Assembly (NCBI GenBank): GCA_023249645.1
Contig: JAHFCF010000004.1
Span: 821-64,820, forward strand
Source of the DNA: Elusimicrobiota bacterium
GTDB taxonomy: Bacteria > Elusimicrobiota > Elusimicrobia > UBA1565 > UBA9628
DNA: 64,000 nucleotides
Direction of reading: 5' to 3'
Shown here: positions 17,820 through 30,025 of the stretch, piece after piece
Layout: every line of letters starts with the position of its first letter
How positions within the stretch are numbered: position 1 is the stretch's first letter
The notes under the pieces: generated by a model
What the model saw: only the letters and a program-made list of their open reading frames with translations
Database searches by the model: none
Told to the model about the DNA's origin: nothing
Translations under genes and position numbers: made by a program

Positions 17820-19196
17820 ATGTCTGAAAAACATTTCTCAGTCCTGCGCGTGCCACTCGTCGACGGCGACAAGGATTGCCGGCAGGTCACCCGGGACATC
17901 TGCGCTCCCCTTCAAGTCGGCCCCACCCGCCTTTGGTACATCAGCTTCGCCGCCGCCGTGACGGCCTTGCTCATCGGCGTGACCGCGGTCACGGATCAGA
18001 TCTGGACCGGCATCGGGACCTGGGGCCTCAATAAGACGGTCGGCTGGTCCTGGGACATCACCAACTTCGTGTTCTGGGTCGGCATCGGCCATGCCGGCAC
18101 GCTCATCTCCGCCATCCTTTTCCTCTTCCGTCAGCACTGGCGCACCTCCATCAACCGTTCGGCCGAGGCCATGACCATCTTCGCCGTCATGTGCGCCGGA
18201 GTCTTCCCCGTCATCCACATGGGTCGGCCCTGGCTGGCCTATTGGGTCCTGCCCTATCCCAACCCCATGGGGCCTCTGTGGGTCAACTTCCGCTCCCCCT
18301 TGCTGTGGGATGTCTTCGCCATCAGCACCTATTTCACCATCTCGCTGACCTTTTGGTACGTGGGCCTTCTGCCGGACCTGGCCACCGCGGCCCGGGAGGT
18401 CGCCGAGCCTTGGCGGCGGCGCCTGTACAGCTGGCTGAGCCTCGGCTGGGACGGCTCCCAGAGGACCTGGTCCCACTACGAGAAGCTTTATCTGCTGCTG
18501 GCCGGACTGGCCACGCCGCTGGTCTTCTCCGTGCACACCATCGTCAGCTTCGACTTCGCCACCTCGATCGTCCCCGGCTGGCACACGACGATCTTCCCTC
18601 CCTACTTCGTCTGCGGCGCGATCTTCTCGGGCTTCGCGATGGTGCTCAGCCTCATGCTCATCGCGCGCCGGGTCATGAACTTCGAGGACTACATCACCCT
18701 GCGCCACATCGACGCGATGTGCAAGATCACGCTTCTCACCTCGCTCATCGTCGCTCTGGCTTACTCGACCGAGCTCTTCACCGCCTGGTACAGCGTCAAC
18801 CCTTACGAACGCTTCGCCTTCCTCAACCGCATCGAGGGCCCCTACCACTGGTTTTATCTGGTGATGATGACCTGCAACGTGGCCGTTCCCCAGGCCCTTT
18901 GGTCCAAGCGCGTGCGCACCACGCCCTGGGTGGTGTTTCTCATCTCGATCGCCATCAATATCGGCATGTGGCTGGAGCGCTTCGTGATCATCACGGTGTC
19001 CCTGCACCGGGATTTCCTGCCTTCCAGCTGGACGATGTACCATCCGACCTATATCGAGATCGCCACCTTCATCGGCAGCTTCGGACTCTTCTTCACCTGC
19101 TTCCTCCTTTTCTGCCGCCTGCTGCCGATGATCGCGATCAGCGAGATCAAGGGCGTGCTCCATCACGCGCGCCGCGCCCCGGGGGACGAGTCATGA
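17820..19196 (+). CDS. actC: Alternative complex III subunit ActC (NrfD/PsrC-family quinol-interacting membrane subunit)
   Basis: 458 aa polytopic membrane protein, NrfD-like; position after ActB. Confidence 0.9.
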   Translation: MSEKHFSVLRVPLVDGDKDCRQVTRDICAPLQVGPTRLWYISFAAAVTALLIGVTAVTDQIWTGIGTWGLNKTVGWSWDITNFVFWVGIGHAGTLISAILFLFRQHWRTSINRSAEAMTIFAVMCAGVFPVIHMGRPWLAYWVLPYPNPMGPLWVNFRSPLLWDVFAISTYFTISLTFWYVGLLPDLATAAREVAEPWRRRLYSWLSLGWDGSQRTWSHYEKLYLLLAGLATPLVFSVHTIVSFDFATSIVPGWHTTIFPPYFVCGAIFSGFAMVLSLMLIARRVMNFEDYITLRHIDAMCKITLLTSLIVALAYSTELFTAWYSVNPYERFAFLNRIEGPYHWFYLVMMTCNVAVPQALWSKRVRTTPWVVFLISIAINIGMWLERFVIITVSLHRDFLPSSWTMYHPTYIEIATFIGSFGLFFTCFLLFCRLLPMIAISEIKGVLHHARRAPGDES

Positions 19197-19711
19197 ACCG
19201 CCTCTGGGTGGGGATCTTCGACTCGCACGAGCATCTGTTGCGCGCGACGCGCTTGGCCCGCCAGCGCGGCTTGACGATCCACGATACCTATGCGCCCTTC
19301 CCCATCCACGGCATGGATGAGGCCATGGGCCTGGAGCCGTCGCCCCTGGGATGGTTGTGCTTTCTCTTCGCCATGACAGGTCTGACCTTGGCGCTCTCAT
19401 TCCAATACTGGGTCTCGGTCTTCGACTGGCCCATGAACATCGGCGGAAAATCCTACAATGCCTCGCCCGCGCTGCTGCCCATCGCCTTCGAGTTCACCGT
19501 CCTGTGCGCCGGATTGGGCAGCGTGGCGGCCTTCCTGTTCCTGCGCCGGCTCTCCCCGGGCAAAAAGCCGGCCCTGGGCGGCTTGGGCGCTCTCGATGAC
19601 CGATTCCTGCTGGCCCTCCAGGCCGGGCCCGAGGCCTCCGCCGAAGAACTGCGCCGTTTCCTGCAGACGCAGGGGGCCTTGGATATTCACGAGGTGGCGC
19701 CAGACTCATGA
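19193..19711 (+). CDS. actD: Alternative complex III subunit ActD (DUF3341-type membrane subunit)
   Basis: [26 protein letters not shown]... with two TM helices; ATGA overlap with actC stop; only the in-frame 3' part of ORF 18191..19711 is real. Confidence 0.8.
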   Translation: MNRLWVGIFDSHEHLLRATRLARQRGLTIHDTYAPFPIHGMDEAMGLEPSPLGWLCFLFAMTGLTLALSFQYWVSVFDWPMNIGGKSYNASPALLPIAFEFTVLCAGLGSVAAFLFLRRLSPGKKPALGGLGALDDRFLLALQAGPEASAEELRRFLQTQGALDIHEVAPDS

Positions 19712-22056
19712 GGCGAAATCCCCTGCTGGCGGCAGGCCTTCTGCTCGCGGCGGCTGTCCTCACCTTCCTTCTGGCCGCCCGCCGCGACCTTAAGGAGCCG
19801 CACATCCACCTTTTCAGCGACATGATCACTTCTCCCGCCTACCACTCCCAAAGGCCCAATCCGGTTTTTCGCGACGGCCAGACCCAGCAGGCGCCGCCTC
19901 CCGGGACGATCCCCAGGGGATTTACGCCGTTTCATTACGGACCAGGCAGCGATGAGCGCGAGCGCGCCGGCAACGAGCTCAAGAACCCATTGGTGCCCAG
20001 CTATGAGGTCATGACTCGGGGCAAACATGTTTTTGAGAATTTCTGCGCCCATTGCCACGGACTCAAGGGGCGCGGCGATGGGCCCGTGGCCAGGGCTTTC
20101 CCTTCTTTTTCCTTTCCGGTCGCCAGCCAATCAGCCTACGCGCTCAAGGATGGGACTCTGTTCCACATCATCACCTGGGGCCGCAACCTCATGCCCTCGC
20201 ACTCTTCCCAGCTCTCCCAGGCGGATCGCTGGCAGCTCATCTATTATCTGCGCGACCTGCAGCGCCAGGAGATCGTGCGCCTGGGACCTCTGGCCGCCAT
20301 CCCCGAGGATCCGCGCCGGCGGGGCCTGGTCTCCAGGGATTACGGGCGCGAGCTCTTCGCCCAGAACTGCGCGGGCTGCCACGGGGAGGAGGGCCGCCAT
20401 CCCTTGCCGGGCATCCCCACCCTCCATGCTCCCAGCGTGCTGGCCATCGCCGAGGACAGCTATTATTGGGACATCATCAACCATGGGCGCCGCGGCACCC
20501 AGATGCAGGCTTGGAAGGATATCCTGACCGCCAGCCAGATCCAAAGCCTGATCGCCTATATCCGCTCATGGGCGACGCCGGTGACGGAACTCACCAAGAT
20601 CCTGGCTCAGCGCGGCGACTCCCAGCGCGGGCAGACGCTTTTTGCCCGGCAGTGCGCCGGCTGTCATGGAGCCGACGGCCGGGGAGGCATCGGGATCTCG
20701 CTCAAGGCCCCTTCGTTCATGGCGATCGTCTCGGATCAGTTCCTGCGCGACACCATCGCCATGGGCCGTGAGCACACGGCCATGCCCTCTTCCTATGATT
20801 TCAAGCCCGCGGATATCGCGGATATCATCGCGTACTTCCGCAGCTGGTCCGAGGCCGCTGCTGCCTATGTGGATGTGGCGCCCCTGATTTCGGCTGCTTC
20901 GGCATCGAACGGAGCCAAGCTCTTTCAGGCCCGATGCGCGGGCTGTCATGGAGCCAAGGGGGAAGGCGGGATCGGATCGCGGCTCAACAGCGACGGCTTT
21001 TTGGCCATGGCTGACAATAAATTCCTCTATCGCGTGATCGTGGAAGGCCGGCCCGGCACCGAGATGCCCGCCTGGCGCTTCCTCTCAGCCACCGAGCTCG
21101 CCGGGCTCATCGCCCAGATCCGCGCGTGGCAGAAGTCTCCCTCCGTGGTTTTGTCCACCGGGCCGGTCAAGGGCCGCTCTGAGTTCGGCGAAGTCCTCTA
21201 TCAGAAGGAATGCATCAAGTGCCACAGGGCCGGCGGGGCCGGCGATCTGGGAACGCAGATCGGCAATCCCGCCCTCCTGTCACAGGTCAGCGACCAGTTC
21301 CTTTGGCGGACGATCGCCTATGGCAAGAAGGGCACGGAGATGCAGGGCTTCCTCAAGAGGACGCGCAACCCGCTGCCCGAGGAGGATATCGGCCATCTCG
21401 TCGCCTATCTGCGGCAGATGCAAAAAAATCCGCCGCAGGAACTGCTCAAACGAACCTATTCCTGGGCCTCAGCAGCGGACGGAAAAAAAGTTTTCGAGGG
21501 TAAGGGCAAGTGCTTCAAGTGCCACGGGCTCCATGGGGAAGGCGGCAGCGGACCTTCCTTGGGAGGTCCCGGATTTCAGAGAGTGGCTTCAGCCGGCTTC
21601 ATCGCGGCCACGCTGGTGCTGGGCCGCGACAACACGGAAATGAAATCCTATGTCCGCGGCGGCGATGTCCAGCTCGGCGAGGAAGACATCGAGAACGTCT
21701 CGACCTATGTCCGCGGCTTCGAGAAGAATCCGCCTGCCGCGCCCCGGCAGGTGGACCGCTCCGAGATCCAGGTCAAGGCAGGACGCGCTCTCTTCCTGCA
21801 GAACTGCGCCAAGTGCCATGGCCGGCAGGGGCAGGGCTTGCACGGTAAGAAGGAGGGCGAGTTCGCGCCTTCCCTGAACAACGTGGATTTCCTCAGGGCG
21901 GCCGATGACAACTTCCTGCTGGCCACCATCGCCCTGGGCAGGCCCGGTACGCCCATGCCGTCCTTCGCCAAGGGCGACGTCGCAGTCCAACCGCTCCAGG
22001 CCGAGCAGATCCGCCAGGTGGTGGCGTTCATCCGGTCCTGGGAGAGGGGAAAGTGA
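19708..22056 (+). CDS. actE: ActE-like cytochrome c subunit extended by six additional class I monoheme cytochrome c domains (7 CxxCH total)
   Basis: N-terminal TM anchor and ActE-like region with CAHCHG, then CAGCHGEEG, CAGCHGADGRGG, CAGCHGAKGEGG, CIKCHRAGGAGD, CFKCHGLHGEGG, CAKCHGRQGQG each followed by G(T)xMP Met-ligand motif; ATGA overlap with actD. Confidence 0.85.
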   Translation: MRRNPLLAAGLLLAAAVLTFLLAARRDLKEPHIHLFSDMITSPAYHSQRPNPVFRDGQTQQAPPPGTIPRGFTPFHYGPGSDERERAGNELKNPLVPSYEVMTRGKHVFENFCAHCHGLKGRGDGPVARAFPSFSFPVASQSAYALKDGTLFHIITWGRNLMPSHSSQLSQADRWQLIYYLRDLQRQEIVRLGPLAAIPEDPRRRGLVSRDYGRELFAQNCAGCHGEEGRHPLPGIPTLHAPSVLAIAEDSYYWDIINHGRRGTQMQAWKDILTASQIQSLIAYIRSWATPVTELTKILAQRGDSQRGQTLFARQCAGCHGADGRGGIGISLKAPSFMAIVSDQFLRDTIAMGREHTAMPSSYDFKPADIADIIAYFRSWSEAAAAYVDVAPLISAASASNGAKLFQARCAGCHGAKGEGGIGSRLNSDGFLAMADNKFLYRVIVEGRPGTEMPAWRFLSATELAGLIAQIRAWQKSPSVVLSTGPVKGRSEFGEVLYQKECIKCHRAGGAGDLGTQIGNPALLSQVSDQFLWRTIAYGKKGTEMQGFLKRTRNPLPEEDIGHLVAYLRQMQKNPPQELLKRTYSWASAADGKKVFEGKGKCFKCHGLHGEGGSGPSLGGPGFQRVASAGFIAATLVLGRDNTEMKSYVRGGDVQLGEEDIENVSTYVRGFEKNPPAAPRQVDRSEIQVKAGRALFLQNCAKCHGRQGQGLHGKKEGEFAPSLNNVDFLRAADDNFLLATIALGRPGTPMPSFAKGDVAVQPLQAEQIRQVVAFIRSWERGK

Positions 22057-23216
22057 TGAGCGAGAGAGAGGGGATTTTTCGTCCGGATCAAAGGACCGTT
22101 CTGCGGCTCTGCATCGCAGCGGGCCTGGCGGCTTTTGCGGTCGGCCTGTGGAGGGCTCCCCACCGCGCCTGGGCCGGCCTGCTGCTCGGCAATTTTTATT
22201 TTCTGTCTTTGGCCCTGGCGGGAGCCGTCTTCCTGGCCGTGCAATATGCCGCCGGCGCCGGCTGGTTTGCCCTCTTGAAGCGCATCCCCGAGGCCATGAC
22301 CGCCTATCTGCCCGTCGGCGCAGGGCTGGTGGGCTTGCTGGGTCTCTGCGGGCTGCGGGATCTCTATGTTTGGGCCAACCCGGCCACGGCTTCCAATGAC
22401 CCGATCCTGCTGGCCAAGGCGGCGTTCCTCAATGTCCCCGGCTATCTCCTCACGGCCGCGGTCTGCCTGCTCCTCTGGCATTTCTTGATCCGAGGACTCG
22501 TGGCCAATTCCCAAGCCCAGGATGACAACGGCGATCTGGCTTATACGGCCAAGAACGCCCGGTTGTCCTGCATCTTTTTAGTCGTGTTCGCGCTGACTTT
22601 TTCCCTGGTGAGCATGCAATGGCTCATGTCCCTGGAGCCGCACTGGTACAGCACGATCTATCCCTGGTATCTGTTCGGGGGGATCTTCGTCAATGCCGTC
22701 GCCGTCATGACCCTGCTGCTCCTGCTTTTGCGCCATCGGGGGCTGCTGCCGGAGGTGCGCGCCGGGCACCTGCATGATCTCGGAGAATATCTCTTCGCGT
22801 TCAGCGCGTTGTGGGCTTATCTCTGGTTCTCGCAATACCTCCTGATCTGGTATTCCAACATCCCTGAAGAAACCGTTCACTATGCGGCACGCTTTGGTCC
22901 GGGTTGGAACATCCTCTTCTGGGCCAACCCCGTGGTCAACTTCATTGTTCCCTTCATCCTTCTGCTGGAGGAGAGGAGCAAGAAAGACGAGCGGAGGCTT
23001 TTGGCCGCGACGCTGGTTTTGATCGCAGGCCACTGGCTGGATCTCTACCTGCTTGTTTTTCCAGCGATCCTTCCCCGTCCGCTCCTGGGATTCATCGAAC
23101 TCGGGATGTTTTTGGGTTTGGCGGCCGCCTTTCTTTTGCGATTCGATCAGGCCTTTCGCCGAGCCCCGCCGATCCCGTCGCGGGATCCTTTTTTAGGCGA
23201 AAGCCTGCATCATTAG
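22056..23216 (+). CDS. actF: Alternative complex III subunit ActF (second NrfD-like membrane subunit)
   Basis: ~386 aa polytopic membrane protein; start ATG 22056 overlaps actE stop by 1 nt (or GTG 22053). Confidence 0.85.
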   Translation: MSEREGIFRPDQRTVLRLCIAAGLAAFAVGLWRAPHRAWAGLLLGNFYFLSLALAGAVFLAVQYAAGAGWFALLKRIPEAMTAYLPVGAGLVGLLGLCGLRDLYVWANPATASNDPILLAKAAFLNVPGYLLTAAVCLLLWHFLIRGLVANSQAQDDNGDLAYTAKNARLSCIFLVVFALTFSLVSMQWLMSLEPHWYSTIYPWYLFGGIFVNAVAVMTLLLLLLRHRGLLPEVRAGHLHDLGEYLFAFSALWAYLWFSQYLLIWYSNIPEETVHYAARFGPGWNILFWANPVVNFIVPFILLLEERSKKDERRLLAATLVLIAGHWLDLYLLVFPAILPRPLLGFIELGMFLGLAAAFLLRFDQAFRRAPPIPSRDPFLGESLHH

Positions 23217-24863
23217 TTAAGGCTTGAGCACCGCGCCGTCCGGGTGGCATTCCAGGCATTTGGCTCGGAAATCATGCTTGAGCGGCACGCGCTTGTGCGC
23301 GCCGATGTCGTGGCAGCTCACGCAGCCCATCATGTCGGTGTGGGCTTTATGCGGCATGGTCTTGCCGGCGAAGCGCACCGTTTCCGGAGGAACTTTCACC
23401 CCGATGCGGCCGTGGCATTGCAGGGCGCAATAGCTGCCGGAAAGCAGGGGCTCAGAGGAGATGTCGGGAAGATCGGCGTGGAGTTCTCTTCCCGCTTCGT
23501 CGAGGCTGCGGTCCAGAGTGCGCAACAGGACCGAGGCAAGGTAGATGTTGTGCGGGCCGTGGGCTGCTTGCAGGAAGGCGCGTAGACGCTCCGCCCGCTT
23601 CACGGCTGCTGCAGCCGCTGGCTGCGGGGTCTTCTCCAAGGCTGAGCGCGCGGCCGCGATCTTGTCGCCGGTCTTGGTCATGGCGGAATCGAGTTCCGCG
23701 CGCATCTCCTCCAGGATCCCCTGGAATTTGGCGCCGTGGCACTTGACGCAGGATTCGGGGGAAGGCTTCATAGTGTGGCCGCGAAAATCCGTGTCCGGTC
23801 CGGTCTCCGCCTGGTAGTGGCAGCCGTTGCAGTCCACATGGGCCAGATACATGGGGCTGGCCAGCTCCGGCAGGCCCACGGCCAGGTCCGGTCTCAACTT
23901 TCCGCAATAGAGCTGCAGCTGAGCCAAGTGCTTGTCCTCATGGCAGAGGCTGCAGTCGAAGACCAGGGTCGGCGGATGTCCGGCTGGAGCGGCGGCCGGC
24001 GCCGCGGCGGCGGCCGCGCCGGGCAGCTTGAGCGGCTGCTCTTGGGTCTGGAACCCATGCCGGATCTCTTCGTGGCAATGGAAGCAGGCGATGTTGTGCT
24101 TGGTGACGTGGTTTTCGTGGATGAATGGGATATCGCCGTAGCGGGCGAGATTCTCAGGCTGGTTGTGGCAGAGCAGGCAGCGTTCCTGCGGGGCTTTGCC
24201 CTTGCCCTGCACGGCTTCGAGATGGCAGTTCTGGCAGGAGACTCCCTGCCGGGTGACGAAGTCGCGGTGATTGTAGGTCATGTTGCCGAGCTGGAACGAT
24301 TTTTTCGGGAGATCGTGGCAGCCCAGGCAGCCCCCGATGGGCTTGAGTTCCTTGCCCTCTCCGCGCCCGCGGAAATGGCACAGGAAACAGGTATCATAGG
24401 TCACTTCGATATGCTTGCCGACCACGACTTGGGAATGGCAGGAGACGCATCGCAGCTGCCGGCCGCGGCGGGTTTCGGTGATGTGCGGCCGATGATCGAA
24501 GTGGATCCCGCTCTTGGTGAGCACCTTGCCTTGCAGCAGGCGCGTGGCGTGGCAGCCGGAGCGCAAACAGGAAGAGTCCTCGACCTCGGCAAAGGGCTTG
24601 GAGGAGTAGGTGCGGGTCACGTATTTGACTACCTGGGAGAGGGCCTGGAACTTCTTCCAGAGCAGGGTCCGGTGCGAGCTGGGGGGGTAATGACACTCCA
24701 CGCAGGCGATGTGATTGTGCTTGGAGGAGTGCCAGGCTTGGTAATAGGGCTCCATGATGTGACAGGAGCGGCAGAAGGAGGGGCTTGTGGAGTATTTGAC
24801 CAGACCGGCCATGATCAGAAGGACGGCCAGGCCCAGGCCGGCCAGCATCCGGATTGGTTTCAT
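23217..24863 (-). CDS. Membrane-anchored NapC/NirT/NrfH-family multiheme cytochrome c (13 CxxCH + 2 variant CX3-4CH motifs), ImcH-like
   Basis: N-terminal TM helix followed by FCRSCHIMEPYYQAWHSSKH...CVECH (NapC/NirT signature start), then CVSCH, CFLCH, CLGCH, CQNCH, CLLCH, CFHCH, CSLCH, CNGCH, CVKCH, CVSCH, CLECH plus CLRSGCH and CALQCH. Confidence 0.8.
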   Translation of the reverse strand: MKPIRMLAGLGLAVLLIMAGLVKYSTSPSFCRSCHIMEPYYQAWHSSKHNHIACVECHYPPSSHRTLLWKKFQALSQVVKYVTRTYSSKPFAEVEDSSCLRSGCHATRLLQGKVLTKSGIHFDHRPHITETRRGRQLRCVSCHSQVVVGKHIEVTYDTCFLCHFRGRGEGKELKPIGGCLGCHDLPKKSFQLGNMTYNHRDFVTRQGVSCQNCHLEAVQGKGKAPQERCLLCHNQPENLARYGDIPFIHENHVTKHNIACFHCHEEIRHGFQTQEQPLKLPGAAAAAAPAAAPAGHPPTLVFDCSLCHEDKHLAQLQLYCGKLRPDLAVGLPELASPMYLAHVDCNGCHYQAETGPDTDFRGHTMKPSPESCVKCHGAKFQGILEEMRAELDSAMTKTGDKIAAARSALEKTPQPAAAAAVKRAERLRAFLQAAHGPHNIYLASVLLRTLDRSLDEAGRELHADLPDISSEPLLSGSYCALQCHGRIGVKVPPETVRFAGKTMPHKAHTDMMGCVSCHDIGAHKRVPLKHDFRAKCLECHPDGAVLKP

Positions 24864-24933
24864 GATTTTTTGCCTTTGTAATTAGATAGCATATCGCGAG
24901 AGAAAACATGCATGACTTATGTTTTATATAAAT

Positions 24934-24947
24934 ATGACATTTGTCAT
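24934..24947. promoter_or_regulatory. Perfect ATGACatttGTCAT box in divergent region between the NapC-like cytochrome gene and gltA
   Basis: 14-bp box of ATGAY-N4-RTCAT type in 137-nt AT-rich divergent promoter region. Confidence 0.3.
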
Positions 24948-25000
24948 TTTTTTGGACAGGTGATTAGCAATATCATTGGAGAGCAGTCCCAGGAGGCATT

Positions 25001-26289
<1,289 letters not shown>

Positions 26290-26293
<4 letters not shown>

Positions 26294-28098
26294 TCAAGAA
26301 CTTGCAGCTGCAGAAGTGGGTCGAGGAGATGGCCGGGATGTGTCATCCGGACCGCGTGGTCTGGCTCGATGGTTCGTTGGCGGAGCGCCAGCGGCTCGAG
26401 GACGAGGCGGTCACCGGCGGAGATCTGGTGCGGCTCAATGCGCAGAAGCTCCCGGGTTGCTTCTTCCACCGCTCGCAGAGCAACGATGTGGCCCGCACAG
26501 AGCACCTGACCTTTATCTGCACGCGGAACAAGGACGATGCCGGCCCCACGAACAATTGGATGTCCCCGGCGGAAGGCTACCGCCGCGCCGCCGAGATCTT
26601 TAAGGATTCCATGAAGGGGCGCACGATGTACGTCATCCCGTTCTCCATGGGTCCGGTGGCCTCTCCGTTTTCGAAGATCGGCGTCCAGCTGACCGACAGC
26701 GTCTACGTGGCGCTCAACATGCGCATCATGACGCGGGTCGGCAGCGCGGTGCTCGAGAAGCTGGGCGCGGACGGGGCTTTCACCCGCTGCCTGCACGGCA
26801 AGGCGCAGCTCGATCCCGAAAAGCGGCTCATCCTGCATTTTCCCGAGGACAACGCGGTCTGGAGCGTGGGTTCAGGCTACGGGGGCAACGCGCTTTTGGG
26901 CAAGAAATGCCTCTCCCTGCGCATCGCCGGCTGGCTGGCGAGGCAGGAAGGCTGGCTGGCGGAGCACATGCTCATCACGGGCATCGAGCACAAGGACGGC
27001 CGCATCGAGTACGTGGCCGCGGCTTTCCCGAGCGCCTGCGGCAAGACCAACCTGGCCATGCTGATCCCTCCGGAGATCCTGAAGGCCAAGGGCGTGCGTT
27101 ACTGGACCGTGGGAGACGACATCGCGTGGCTCCGAGTCGGTCCGGACGGCCGCCTCTGGGCTGTCAATCCCGAAGCGGGATTCTTCGGCGTGGCTCCGGG
27201 GACGAACTCCAAGACCAATCAGAACGCGATCGCCACCATCCAGCGCAACACGATCTTCACCAATGTCCTCTTGGGCGACGACCTGACCGTCTGGTGGGAG
27301 GGAGGCGACGGCGCGCCGCCGGCGCATGGAACGGATTGGCAGGGCCGGCCCTGGCAGCCGGGCCGCAAGGATGAAAAAGGCGCCCCCATCCTCGGCGCTC
27401 ATCCCAACAGCCGCTTCACCGCCCCGGCCTCGCAATGCCCCTGCCTGTCTCCCCGGTGGGAGGACCCGCAGGGCGTGCCCATCTCCGCCATCGTCTTCGG
27501 CGGGCGCCGCGCGCGCGTGGCGCCGCTCGTCTATGAGGCCTTCGACTGGGCCCACGGGGTCTATGTCGGCGCCACCGTGGCCTCCGAGCGCACGGCCGCC
27601 CAGGTCGGTAAGCAGGGAGAGGTCCGGCGCGACCCCATGGCCATGCTGCCTTTCTGCGGCTACCACATAGCCGACTACTTCGCCCACTGGCTGGAGATGG
27701 GCAAAAAGATCCCGCATCCGCCCAAGATCTTCCATGTCAACTGGTTCAGGACGGGTGAAGACGGCCGCTTCCTGTGGCCCGGCTACGGCGAGAACGCCCG
27801 GGTCCTGGAATGGATCCTCGAGAGGTGTCGAGGCGAGGGCCAGGCCAAGAGCACGCCCATCGGGTATGTCCCGACTCCGGAGGCGCTGGACCTCGAGGGG
27901 CTCGATCTCTCAGCGTCCGCCCTGGAGGAATTGCTGGCGGTGCGTCCTCATGAGTGGGAGAAGGAAGCCGCGGATCATAAGACCTTCTTCGAATCGCTGG
28001 GCCCCAAGCTGCCTCTCGAGCTGAGAGGGCAGCAGGAAGCGTTGGTCGGGCGCCTGGGCGGTGTTGCCGGAGGGGGGACATGCAGACCGAGCCGCTGA
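26290..28098 (+). CDS. pckG: Phosphoenolpyruvate carboxykinase (GTP)
   Basis: ATG at 26290 (ATGA overlap with gltA stop); FPSACGKTNLAML kinase-1a motif, WMSPAEGY, ~602 aa. Confidence 0.93.
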
Positions 28099-28760
28099 TC
28101 GACGTCCACAACGCTTGCGACTGGATCCCTCCCCAGAACAAGGAACTCAAGGAGATGGCGGCGCTCCTCGAGGAGCGCCTCAAGCGCGACCCGAAGGATT
28201 TCTGGGCCTGGGACAACCTGGCCAACATGTGCTTCAGCGAGGGTTTCGTGCTCCACTCCATCGGGATCTACAAGAAGGCCTTGGAGATCCGGCCGGACCT
28301 CGCCGTGACCCATCTGCGCCTGGGCATCGCCTACTACCGGCTGGCCCGTTTGGAAGATGCCATCGCGGAGCTGGGCCAGGCTCTGAAATGCGATCCCAAG
28401 CTGGCCATGGCGCACTACTATCTGGGCTTCGCCCATTACCACAGCGGCAGCCCTGAAGAGTCGCTCAAGCACTTCCAGATGGTCCGCCAGATCAGCCCCG
28501 AGACCCGGATCGTGCATTACCATATGGCTGAGACCTACCTGCAGGAGGCTCGATTCCAAGAGGCGTTCGAGGTGCTCCAGGAGCTGGTCCGCTTCAGCCC
28601 CGGCTCCGCCACGGCTTGGTACAAGATGGGTCAGGCCCTCTTTGGGCTGCACGAGAACACGCAAGCGGTGAAGGCTTTCCGCAAGGCCTTGGACTGCAAC
28701 CCTTTGGACAAGCGTTCGGAGAACATGCTGGACTTGCTGACGAATGTCCCCGATGTCTGA
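28080..28760 (+). CDS. TPR repeat protein
   Basis: Repeated AxxYxxLGxAYxxxGxxxEA-like TPR units; 226 aa. Confidence 0.6.
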   Translation: MQTEPLIDVHNACDWIPPQNKELKEMAALLEERLKRDPKDFWAWDNLANMCFSEGFVLHSIGIYKKALEIRPDLAVTHLRLGIAYYRLARLEDAIAELGQALKCDPKLAMAHYYLGFAHYHSGSPEESLKHFQMVRQISPETRIVHYHMAETYLQEARFQEAFEVLQELVRFSPGSATAWYKMGQALFGLHENTQAVKAFRKALDCNPLDKRSENMLDLLTNVPDV

Positions 28761-28794
28761 ATCCCCGACCCGCCGTCAGAGAGGAAAAACACCC

Positions 28795-30024
<1,230 letters not shown>

Positions 30025-30025
30025 T

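Noticed and set aside
13939-19166. Series of long minus-strand ORFs (13939-14961, 14718-16112, 16674-17834, 17838-19166) opposite actA-actC
   Set aside because: All are antisense to well-supported ACIII subunits and have biased low-complexity composition; high GC content suppresses stop codons.
18191-19711. 506-aa plus-strand ORF overlapping actC out of frame
   Set aside because: Only the 3' portion from ATG 19193 (ATGA-coupled to the actC stop) matches ActD; the upstream part is an out-of-frame overlap of the NrfD-like gene.
23736-24881. 381-aa plus-strand ORF opposite the NapC-like multiheme gene
   Set aside because: Shadow ORF; the minus strand carries the NapC/NirT signature and 13+ heme motifs.
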